Source: Acidimicrobium ferrooxidans DSM 10331
Lineage (GTDB): Bacteria > Actinomycetota > Acidimicrobiia > Acidimicrobiales > Ilumatobacteraceae
Assembly: GCA_945865395.1 (NCBI GenBank)
Contig: CAMBDT010000001.1
Location: forward strand, 1 to 48,841
DNA length: 48,841 bases
Reading direction: 5' to 3'
The position numbers and the translations under genes are program-made. Positions 17,155 to 25,719 of this stretch are shown here, in pieces (position 1 is the first letter of the stretch; each line of letters starts with the position of its first letter). The notes under the pieces are model-generated. The model saw nothing but the letters and a program-made list of their open reading frames with translations. It was not told the origin of the DNA and made no database searches.

Positions 17155-18155
17155 TTCTGATGATCTTTCAAAGATGCGAGTGCAGTTCGTGCAAGCGCGG
17201 CACTAATTTTAGGTTCAGACATAATCGTGTTGGTCACGATGCAGCGCATGCCGAGCGATTCAATTGCGGGCTTCAGGCTTGCGTCCACATCATCAATGAT
17301 AAGAGTTGAGGCGATTGATGAATACATTCGCGCAACGCCAAGCGCCGATGACTCGTGGCCAAGTTCTTTGAGCATGCGATCGGCAGGTCCTTTGATTGCG
17401 TGACCACCGACGATTGGCGAAATTGCAACGACTCGATCTCTGATCTTGCCGAGAGTCGTATCAACGCCGTTGAGCGCACGAATCGGCCCGATCGAAACGA
17501 TCGGGTTGGAAGGCGCAATCACGACTGCATCAGCGGTTGCTAGTTGCGACAATGCATTCGGCTTGGCGTTCTCGATGCCGACAAATCTCACCGATCGCAC
17601 CGCAACGTCGTGTTTGTACTTGACGAAATATTCTTGAAAGCCAATTTGCTCGCCAGTCTTTCCGGCGATGCAATCTTGGGCGAGTTCAACGACCGTTGAG
17701 ACAACTTGATTAGTCATCGGCACGATTTGTTGCTCGATAGACCAAGCGGCCGAAATTTCTCGGGTGATCTGCCACGCATCGGCGCCTTCACTTCTGCGCG
17801 CGGTTCGATAAAAGTGCGTCGCGAGATCTTGATCACCGAGGTTGAACCACTCGGGGGCCGCGACCGAATCGGCTGGTCGCACTTTTGCATAGCGCTGCAA
17901 AGACTCCATTGCGCGCCATGACTCGTTTGTCAAACCCCAACCTCGTTGTGGGTCAATTGCATGGGCGAGCGTGTAGATCACCGTGTCAATGTCTGGCGAA
18001 ATATTTAGACCGTGAAGCACCGTGTCATCGCCGGTGTTGACCAGTGCTGTCGTAAGTTTTGGTGAGTGAACTTGGGCGAGGCCGCTAAGAAAGCGCGCCG
18101 CGCCCACACCACCTGCAAGAACAACAACTGATAGCGAACTTTTTTCTGCATTCAC
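17151..18155 (-). CDS. cofD: 2-phospho-L-lactate (or EPPG) transferase CofD/FbiA
   Basis: 334 aa. N-terminus VVVLAGGVGAARFL, with PSNP..SIGPI motifs typical of CofD. Confidence 0.85.
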   Translation of the reverse strand: MNAEKSSLSVVVLAGGVGAARFLSGLAQVHSPKLTTALVNTGDDTVLHGLNISPDIDTVIYTLAHAIDPQRGWGLTNESWRAMESLQRYAKVRPADSVAAPEWFNLGDQDLATHFYRTARRSEGADAWQITREISAAWSIEQQIVPMTNQVVSTVVELAQDCIAGKTGEQIGFQEYFVKYKHDVAVRSVRFVGIENAKPNALSQLATADAVVIAPSNPIVSIGPIRALNGVDTTLGKIRDRVVAISPIVGGHAIKGPADRMLKELGHESSALGVARMYSSIASTLIIDDVDASLKPAIESLGMRCIVTNTIMSEPKISAALARTALASLKDHQK

Positions 18156-18247
18156 AACTATTGAGCGTACGGCTTCATGTAGATGGGCGCATTTTTGAAA
18201 GTTGTATGGCTACAGAACTCTCGCAATCGCGTTTGCCACTAGATTGA

Positions 18248-19240
18248 ATGGTCGTTATGGCAAGAGCGCTAATCACCGGCATCACAGGACAAGACGGTCG
18301 CCATCTTGCCGAATTCTTGCATACGAAAGGTTACGAAGTCTTTGGTCTCGTCAAGGGACAAAATAATCCGAAGGCCGAATCGATCCGCGACGAGTTTCCG
18401 TTTGTTCAACTTGTGCCTGGCGATCTTGCCGATTTTTCAAGTCTTGTCAGCGCGCTCGAAATGTCGCAGCCAGACGAGGTTTACAACCTGGGTGCAATTT
18501 CGTTCGTCGCGATGTCGTTTAATCAGGCTGAACTAACGGGCAACATCACCGGACTTGGCGTGCTGAGAATGCTCGAGGCGATTCGTTTGGTGGGCGGTGC
18601 GCGCAAGAACCCGATTCGTTTTTATCAGGCGTCGTCGTCTGAAATGTTCGGCAAAGTGCGCGAAACCCCGCAGACAGAGATGACACCATTTCATCCGCGG
18701 TCGCCATATGGCGTGGCAAAAGTTTTTGCCCACGACATCACCGTCAACTATCGCGAGAGTTACGACATGTTCGCCTGTTCAGGTATTTTGTTTAATCACG
18801 AAGGACCACGACGCGGTCTCGAGTTTGTCACCAGAAAAATCACCAATTCTGTTGCGCGCATCAAACTCGGCGTACAAAGCGAACTAGTTCTGGGCAATCT
18901 TGAAGCCAAGCGTGACTGGGGCTATGCGGGCGACTATGTCGAAGCGATGTGGATGATGCTTCAACAACCAAAGCCTGATGATTTTGTCGTCGCAACAGGC
19001 AAGAGTCATTCGATCGAACAATTACTTGAAGTTGCTTTTGCGGCTGCCGATCTAAAAGATTGGCGCCAGTATGTGCGTCAAGACCAGCGGTTTTTCAGAC
19101 CTGCTGAAGTTGATTTGTTAATCGGTGACGCCACCAAAGCTAAAACCAAACTTGGTTGGCAACCCAAAGTTGGGTTCAACGAACTCATCGAGATGATGGT
19201 TCGACACGACATCGATTACGAAACCAAACGCGCCAAATAG
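18248..19240 (+). CDS. gmd: GDP-mannose 4,6-dehydratase
   Basis: [24 protein letters not shown] and SPYGVAK (YxxxK). An alternative ATG lies at 18257. Confidence 0.9.
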   Translation: MVVMARALITGITGQDGRHLAEFLHTKGYEVFGLVKGQNNPKAESIRDEFPFVQLVPGDLADFSSLVSALEMSQPDEVYNLGAISFVAMSFNQAELTGNITGLGVLRMLEAIRLVGGARKNPIRFYQASSSEMFGKVRETPQTEMTPFHPRSPYGVAKVFAHDITVNYRESYDMFACSGILFNHEGPRRGLEFVTRKITNSVARIKLGVQSELVLGNLEAKRDWGYAGDYVEAMWMMLQQPKPDDFVVATGKSHSIEQLLEVAFAAADLKDWRQYVRQDQRFFRPAEVDLLIGDATKAKTKLGWQPKVGFNELIEMMVRHDIDYETKRAK

Positions 19241-20511
19241 CGCAATAGCGACCTGAGACTAAAAGCGAAATAGATCAGCGCGACGGCCGAACTTACAACT
19301 AGAGCCACTTCGACGCGCAAGAAGAGATCTTCGCTGACGAACCAAGCAGAGGCGACGTAACTCACGAACGCCAAGACCCAACCCAAAGCAACGTGTCGAT
19401 GGCCGCGCAAGGCGATAACTGCTTGGGCAATAGCAAGGGCCATCATGTAGATACCACTGGCGAGCGCCAACAGTGTGAGCGTTCGCCGATCGATGCCACC
19501 GCCATAGACCAGATCTAAAAAGAATGGGCCAAACAAGAATGCACCGACGGTGCCGATCACTCCGACGCCAATTACGAGCATGACTAGTCGGCGAAACCCG
19601 ACTTTGAATTCGTCCAAATCGCCGCGGGCGGCAAGTCGCGTAAGCCGAGGTAGAAGTGCGGCTTGTACTGCTTGAAATAAAAACAGCGGCACTCTGGTCA
19701 GAAGAACTGCGTTACCAAATTGGGTGACGCGAACTGCATCGGATTTGTCGCCGAGCAAGTCAACGGTGATTGGCCCAGCGTTGACTAGTGCGGCTGCAAA
19801 GATTGATCCACCCAGAAGCCAGACGAGATTCTCGGTGATTTCTGACCACGCGGCAGGTGGACCGGGGTCGGTGCGAAGCTGACCGGCAAGCACAATGATC
19901 ATCACTCCGATAACTGGCGTGATGACAATGATTATCGAATATGCAGAAAGTTGTGTGACGCCAGCAATCAACAAAATCGTGCAGGCGACGACTCTGATCG
20001 CGCCATCTGACCCGACGATGAAACCATACGCAGAAAATTTGCCCAAACCAGATGAAAGACCTTTAGTGAAATACAACATGCCATATGTGACTATGGCGAT
20101 CGCCAAACTTGCGGTGATGATTGCATGACCTTCGAAAAGGTTGTCATTGATGACAGGTGAGAGAACGAGAATTAATACGACCAAAAAAACGACGATCATG
20201 CTGCACAGCAGTGCTACTTTTTTTACCACTGGTGCCGTGCCTTGTCCTAGTGCTCGGCGGTGCGCAATGGCGCGGCTTAGTTCTTGCTCGACAGGCAAGA
20301 AGAAACCGGGCGCAATCGCAAACATCACAAACCACAGCGACACAAGAGGTTTGAATTCTTCTTGTCCCAATGCTTGTTGACCGATTTTGAAAAATATGTA
20401 AATCGTCACACCGGCGATCAGCAGTCCTATGCCAATAGAAATAGTGCCCTCGGGAATAGCGCCGCGCTTTTGTTCTGTCGACAACGACGAATTAGCAGAT
20501 TGCTGCGACAT
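19216..20511 (-). CDS. MOP-superfamily (Wzx/MurJ-like) polysaccharide flippase
   Basis: About 431 aa from ATG 20509-20511 (MSQQSANSS...), with 12-14 hydrophobic helices. The track ORF to 20595 would overlap the divergent gene. The 3' end overlaps gmd by 25 nt (convergent). Confidence 0.6.
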   Translation of the reverse strand: MSQQSANSSLSTEQKRGAIPEGTISIGIGLLIAGVTIYIFFKIGQQALGQEEFKPLVSLWFVMFAIAPGFFLPVEQELSRAIAHRRALGQGTAPVVKKVALLCSMIVVFLVVLILVLSPVINDNLFEGHAIITASLAIAIVTYGMLYFTKGLSSGLGKFSAYGFIVGSDGAIRVVACTILLIAGVTQLSAYSIIIVITPVIGVMIIVLAGQLRTDPGPPAAWSEITENLVWLLGGSIFAAALVNAGPITVDLLGDKSDAVRVTQFGNAVLLTRVPLFLFQAVQAALLPRLTRLAARGDLDEFKVGFRRLVMLVIGVGVIGTVGAFLFGPFFLDLVYGGGIDRRTLTLLALASGIYMMALAIAQAVIALRGHRHVALGWVLAFVSYVASAWFVSEDLFLRVEVALVVSSAVALIYFAFSLRSLLRYLARLVS

Positions 20512-20559
20512 TGAGATCAAGGTTAGTAGTTTGTCTCGAATTAGTAGTCTTATTGCATC

Positions 20560-23500
20560 GTGAGTAATGAGTCGATTAAAGAGTCGCAAAGCCAAACGGT
20601 TTCTGCACCCCTAGTCGTGACGGCGATGGTCGTGCACCAGCCGGGCGCATGGTTTGACGAAGTTCTTGCGGGGCTGGCAAATCAGGATTATCCGAATATC
20701 AGCAACGTTTTTTTCTTGACGACCACCTTTTCTGACTCTGGCGTCGACACCAGCAACGCCAATTTACTTTCAACAAGAATTACCGACACGCTGCCAAACT
20801 CGGTCGTTCGAATCGTTGAAGGCAACCCTGGCTTTGGTCGAATGATCAACGAATTGCAACGCATCGTCGAAGGCGATGGTGGGTTGTTTTGCATCATGCA
20901 CGACGATGTCGTCTTGAACCCGAACACCGTGCGAACCTTGGTTCAAGAACTTTTCATCTCTAACGCTGCGGTCGTTGGACCGAAACTTTTGCAGTGGGAA
21001 AAAACGACCATATTACAGTCCGTGGGTTTCGGCATTGATCGTTGTGGCGAGATCGACCCATTCATTGAGCAAAACGAGCGTGACCAAGAACAACATGACT
21101 CGGTGCGGGACGTTTTCTTTGTCAGTTCGGCGTGCATGCTCGTGCGCTCGGATTTGTTCCGTGAACTTAATGGTTTCAATCAAGACATTTCATTTTTTGG
21201 CGAGGATCTAGATTTTTGTTGGCGTGCGCATTTGAGTGGTGCTCGTGTTCTTGTGTCACCGACGGCCGTAGCGAGGCACTTGAATAGTTTTGAAACTCGT
21301 TCGCCACATTTGGTTTCGCGGGCAAGTGTTGCTAGAAATCGCGCACGAACCGTGGCGACGCTGACGAGTCGTTGGCGACTGCCATTTGTTTGGCTGCAGA
21401 TGTTGCTGACTTCGGCTATTGAGACAATTCTGGGTGTATTCACCGGCACTTTTCGTGAATCGTTAGCGAGTGTTCGTTCAACCGTTGCACTAGTTGTTGA
21501 TGCTTCATATATTTGGCGAAGACGACAACAAGTTCGACCCTTGCGTCGCGTGGCTGCGAGCGAAATAGCAAAACTTCAAGTGAGGGGCTCAGCTCGATTC
21601 ACGAGGTTTATTCGCCGCCGCCGAGCACTGGCGTCGCGAGAGATTGCATCCTTGGTTGAAACCAAAAAACGTTGGAAGCAGAGTTCGACGCGAACCGCAG
21701 GCACAACACTCTTAGTCGTCACAGTCCTGATACTTCTCGGCAGCAGAGAAATTATCACCGACTCATCGCGAGTCGTAGGCGAGATGTTGCCGTTTGAAAA
21801 TGGATCAGTCTCGACTAGTTCAATCTTGACGAATTTCCTTTCGGGTTGGTGGTCGAGTGGTTTTGGCGAAGCGTCTGCTAACCCAACGGGGCTTGGACTA
21901 ATCGCACTGGCATCGTTTGTGTCTCTTGGCAATCTCGCTTTGTTGCAAACTTTGATGATCGTCGGGTCGCTATTCATCGGCTTAATTGGCATGTGGCGAC
22001 TTTGTGGTGCATTTGCCAACACTCGGGTGCGTCTCGGTGCTGCAGTTGTATATGCGGCTTTACCACTTTCGTATGATGCAATTTCGCGCGGGCGGTTCTC
22101 GGTGCTGATCTGTGTCGCGGCTGCGCCGTGGTTGTTTGACATTCTCAATCGATATCAAGATGACAAAGATCAGAGCTTGGTTCGCCGAACCCAACTCGTG
22201 TCAGGTCTGCTCTTGATTCTTGGTCTCGTGTTTGCGTTTACACCGAGTATCGCGATTTTATTTTTGGTTATTGCCTGCCTTTGGGTTTTTGCATCGTTCT
22301 TGGGCGGTGTTTCTGCCAGAAAGCTCTTAACGACTTCGTTGGTCGGGTTGACGGGGCTTGTCGGCTCGGTATTTATCAACCTGCCGTGGTCGATGCATTT
22401 TGTCTCAAGCAATTGGTGGCAACTTCTAGCCGGAGATCAAGGTGTTGCCGATCGAAAAATTGGTCTCAGCTCACTGGCTCGACTTGATCTCGGTAATACG
22501 CGTGGTGGATTTTTGGTACTAGCTGTTTATTTCTGCGTTGTTTGTGCTTTGATCGTTGCCGAGAGTTGGCGCAGGCTGTGGGCAATTCGTGCAGCAGTGC
22601 TCGTTGTGTTTGGTTTGTTGTTTGTGGTTCTAGACGATCAGGGTGAATTACCATTTGCGCTTCCAGAGCCTTCGGTGATGCTGACGCTCGTTGCTTGTGG
22701 CTTGGCCTTGGCCGTGGCGACTTGTCTCAGCGTGTTTGCCGAAACGAACATGAGTCGAACATCGGACTGGCGCCGCTCATTGAGTTTGCTAGTGCCAATC
22801 TCTATCGCGTTGACAGTTGCTCCGACGTTGTTGAGTGTCACGGATGGACGCTGGAATCAACCCGAAACTTTGGTGCCACAGTTGCTTGAACAGTTGCCCG
22901 ACAATCCAAAAGAAGGCAACTATCGCACCCTCTACATCGGCGATCGTGACTTGTTGCCGGTCGCTACAAACTCGGTGACTGAAGAGGTTTCGTATGGTGT
23001 CGCAGACGACGGGGCTGTCAACTTCAGTTCTTATTGGGCACCTCAAGAAACTGCGATGAATCTTGCTGCAAAGCGTGCGCTTACCTCGTTGGTCGCAAAC
23101 GACACGATTCGAATTGGTCGCCTGATTTCGTCACTTGCAATTCGTTATCTAGTTGTGCCTCTTGGCAACTCACCATCGACGACAGACACAAACCTTGTCG
23201 AGTCTTTGTCGAATCAACTTGACTTACGCCGAGTTTATTTCTCACGCGACTTGGTGATCTTCGAGAATGTTTCTTGGCTGCCGATAGTCAGCGTGCTTAA
23301 TGAAGAGTCATCTGTGGCGAGCGAACAAGCAAGTGACATTGCTCTGACGAGCCAAGAACTGAAGTCGACGACCCCGATCTTGGTTGACGAGAATTCTGTG
23401 GCAGCCAAGCGTGTCAGCAGCAGATTTTCTGGTGGAACAGTTCATGTTGCTGTGCCATTTGATTCGCGTTGGCAGCTGGTGGTCGACGATGCGCAACTTT

Positions 23501-23754
23501 CACCGCGTGTGGCTTTTGGGTCTTCAACGGCTTTTGATGCGCCGATTGCAGGTGTCGTCAGCTTGCAATATAAGACTTCACCGTTGCGCTATCTATATCT
23601 AGTGTTGCAAGCTTTGGTCTGGCTATGTCTTTTGATGCTTGCAGCCAACTTTTCGCGGTTCCGTCGGAGCATTCGGCAAACTGAAGCCAAAAGTGTCACC
23701 CTCGTGTCTGACTCATCGCGACCAGAACAGAAAATAGATATGGCATCCCGATGA
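20560..23754 (+). CDS. GT2 glycosyltransferase (WbbL-type domain) fused to a large polytopic membrane and extracytoplasmic domain
   Basis: 1064 aa. The GT2 domain spans aa 15-270 (CIMHDD DxD-type motif, FGEDLDFCWRAHLSGARV). It is followed by about 10 hydrophobic helices, a roughly 280-aa hydrophilic segment, a terminal TM helix and an Arg-rich tail. Confidence 0.7.
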   Translation: MSNESIKESQSQTVSAPLVVTAMVVHQPGAWFDEVLAGLANQDYPNISNVFFLTTTFSDSGVDTSNANLLSTRITDTLPNSVVRIVEGNPGFGRMINELQRIVEGDGGLFCIMHDDVVLNPNTVRTLVQELFISNAAVVGPKLLQWEKTTILQSVGFGIDRCGEIDPFIEQNERDQEQHDSVRDVFFVSSACMLVRSDLFRELNGFNQDISFFGEDLDFCWRAHLSGARVLVSPTAVARHLNSFETRSPHLVSRASVARNRARTVATLTSRWRLPFVWLQMLLTSAIETILGVFTGTFRESLASVRSTVALVVDASYIWRRRQQVRPLRRVAASEIAKLQVRGSARFTRFIRRRRALASREIASLVETKKRWKQSSTRTAGTTLLVVTVLILLGSREIITDSSRVVGEMLPFENGSVSTSSILTNFLSGWWSSGFGEASANPTGLGLIALASFVSLGNLALLQTLMIVGSLFIGLIGMWRLCGAFANTRVRLGAAVVYAALPLSYDAISRGRFSVLICVAAAPWLFDILNRYQDDKDQSLVRRTQLVSGLLLILGLVFAFTPSIAILFLVIACLWVFASFLGGVSARKLLTTSLVGLTGLVGSVFINLPWSMHFVSSNWWQLLAGDQGVADRKIGLSSLARLDLGNTRGGFLVLAVYFCVVCALIVAESWRRLWAIRAAVLVVFGLLFVVLDDQGELPFALPEPSVMLTLVACGLALAVATCLSVFAETNMSRTSDWRRSLSLLVPISIALTVAPTLLSVTDGRWNQPETLVPQLLEQLPDNPKEGNYRTLYIGDRDLLPVATNSVTEEVSYGVADDGAVNFSSYWAPQETAMNLAAKRALTSLVANDTIRIGRLISSLAIRYLVVPLGNSPSTTDTNLVESLSNQLDLRRVYFSRDLVIFENVSWLPIVSVLNEESSVASEQASDIALTSQELKSTTPILVDENSVAAKRVSSRFSGGTVHVAVPFDSRWQLVVDDAQLSPRVAFGSSTAFDAPIAGVVSLQYKTSPLRYLYLVLQALVWLCLLMLAANFSRFRRSIRQTEAKSVTLVSDSSRPEQKIDMASR

Positions 23755-25262
23755 AAAAGATTGATTGGCGTTTCGCCCTGACACTCTTGATGGTGCTGAG
23801 CGCTTTTGTTGCATCAATTTTTATTAATCAACTTGACGATGCAGAACTTCAAACGAGGTCTGAGCAAAGATCTGAAAATATTTTTGGTTTGTCTTCAATG
23901 CCCGGCGTTGCGGGCAGTTCGCAAGTTTCATCTTCATGGTTTTGCCCTGGAGTGCCCGGTCTAGAAAAGACGGTGACTAGTGAAATAATCATCGCAAACT
24001 CTTCAGATATCCCGATCACCGGCAAAGTCACTTTCTTGTCGAGCGATAAACCTGCGGCCGCGGCACTATTGGTTGTTCAGCCGTTCACCCGCAGCGTGAT
24101 CGATGCAACCGGTGGTCGCAAGAGTAAATACGTCAGTGCGATCATTGAACTTGATAATGGTGGTGCGGCAGTAGAGCAGCGAATAATTCACCCGGCTGGC
24201 GACTCTGTTTCATTGTGCGCAAACAAGCCTTCCGATCGTTGGTTTTTTGCTGATGGATTCACCGGTTCTGAAAGCTTGTTTAACATCTTGCTGAGTAACC
24301 CGTTTCCAGATGCAACGGTTGTCGACATAAGTTTTGTCACCGGCGACGGCAAACGCGAGCCGGCTTCGTTGAAGGGGGTGATCATCGAGCCCAAGAGCGT
24401 TTTTTCGCTGTCGATGGGCGATCAAGGTGCGCGCAATGAAATAGTTCTGGCAGTTTCGATTCGTGCGTCATCGGGGCGATTTGTGGCAGGCAAACTTCAG
24501 CATTTTCTTGGTCGGGGTCGTCTTGGTTACTCAACTTCGCTTGGTGCTGCGTTGACAAGTCGTCAGTGGTGGTTTGCTGGTGGTCAAAAAAATCTCGATA
24601 CGGACGAACAACTCGTGGTTTTTAACCCAACTGATAGAGACCAATCTGTCAGTGTCGCGTTTTTAACTGGTGTAACTGACGAGATTTTTCGCGAGCCGCT
24701 TCTATTGACGATTCCTGCCGGGCGAGTGACGACTTTGGCAACTTCAAAGTTGCCGGCGATCACCGACGGTCGATACGGAATTGTTGTTTCGAGCATCACT
24801 GACGACTTTGTAGCCAGTGACCAAGATTCATCAGATGAGTTTGTGGTTGTCGAACAGGTCGTTAGTCGTAAGTTAGATAAAAAAACGGGCACGACAACAA
24901 CTTTTGGTGCACCTTTTGGTGCGCCTTCGCGAATTTGGACGGTGCCAAGCGGGGTGCCAGTTTCGGGTGGTTCGATAATTATCCTTAATACGACTTCATT
25001 AGTGACAACGATAAAAATCTCGACAGTTGGACCTGCCGGGTCGGTGCCGATCGACGGCTTCGAACAAATTCAGTTAGGTGCGGCGGCCATATTAGAAGTG
25101 AAGATTCCGGCGACGAGTGCCGACTTGCCAATCGTGGTTGAGGCGGACAACGAAATCGTTGTGCAGCGAGAGATAACGCGCGGTCACGAACTTGTAGGTG
25201 TTTCAAGCGTGCTCGGCTTGCCGCATCGATCGACGGGCATCACCGTTGTGTTGGGCAAGTGA
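23751..25262 (+). CDS. signal-anchored secreted protein, DUF5719-like
   Basis: 503 aa. ATGA overlap with the upstream GT2 fusion. N-terminal TM helix FALTLLMVLSAFVASIF. The family name is recalled from actinobacterial annotations where it follows large GT2 genes, and is not verified. Confidence 0.45.
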   Translation: MKKIDWRFALTLLMVLSAFVASIFINQLDDAELQTRSEQRSENIFGLSSMPGVAGSSQVSSSWFCPGVPGLEKTVTSEIIIANSSDIPITGKVTFLSSDKPAAAALLVVQPFTRSVIDATGGRKSKYVSAIIELDNGGAAVEQRIIHPAGDSVSLCANKPSDRWFFADGFTGSESLFNILLSNPFPDATVVDISFVTGDGKREPASLKGVIIEPKSVFSLSMGDQGARNEIVLAVSIRASSGRFVAGKLQHFLGRGRLGYSTSLGAALTSRQWWFAGGQKNLDTDEQLVVFNPTDRDQSVSVAFLTGVTDEIFREPLLLTIPAGRVTTLATSKLPAITDGRYGIVVSSITDDFVASDQDSSDEFVVVEQVVSRKLDKKTGTTTTFGAPFGAPSRIWTVPSGVPVSGGSIIILNTTSLVTTIKISTVGPAGSVPIDGFEQIQLGAAAILEVKIPATSADLPIVVEADNEIVVQREITRGHELVGVSSVLGLPHRSTGITVVLGK

Positions 25263-25714
25263 TGCGCACGATTATTGCGTTTGCGGTATTGCTGATCGCT
25301 GGCGTAACAAGTCTTTTATTGCGCCGCCGCAATTCTGACGCGCCAGCCCAGGTGCAAGGGGCAGTGCCGCATCAGTTGAATTGGCATGACTTTTCGGTGG
25401 CAGATAAGAGTTGGTTGGTTGCGGTATTTACATCGTCGACTTGCGATGCATGTCGTGATGTCGCGACGAAGGCTTTAGTGCTTGAAAGCAACGAAGTGGC
25501 GGTAAAAATAATCGACTTTCTCGACGAGCGCGATTTGCATAAGCGATATCAAATTGATTCTGTGCCGACAACCGTGATCGCCGACATTCACGGTGTGGTC
25601 AGGTTTGCAACTATCGGGCCCGTTACGGCAACTGATCTTTGGGCAGCATTAGCAAAGTGTCGAGACCCACAGGTTGATGTGCCCTCGTGTCGTGACGCTG
25701 ACCACGAGCACTAA
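25259..25714 (+). CDS. membrane-anchored thioredoxin-fold protein (CxxC = CDAC)
   Basis: 151 aa. TM anchor IIAFAVLLIAGVTSLLL, WLVAVFTSSTCDACRDV, and a cis-Pro-like SVPT. Its start overlaps the previous stop. Confidence 0.6.
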   Translation: MMRTIIAFAVLLIAGVTSLLLRRRNSDAPAQVQGAVPHQLNWHDFSVADKSWLVAVFTSSTCDACRDVATKALVLESNEVAVKIIDFLDERDLHKRYQIDSVPTTVIADIHGVVRFATIGPVTATDLWAALAKCRDPQVDVPSCRDADHEH

Positions 25715-25719
25715 CAAAT

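Noticed and set aside
18156-18247. whiB2-like gene or small ORF next to cofD, as in mycobacteria
   Set aside because: The gap is only 92 nt and holds divergent promoters. No Cys-x-Cys-x2-Cys-x5-Cys ORF is present anywhere nearby.
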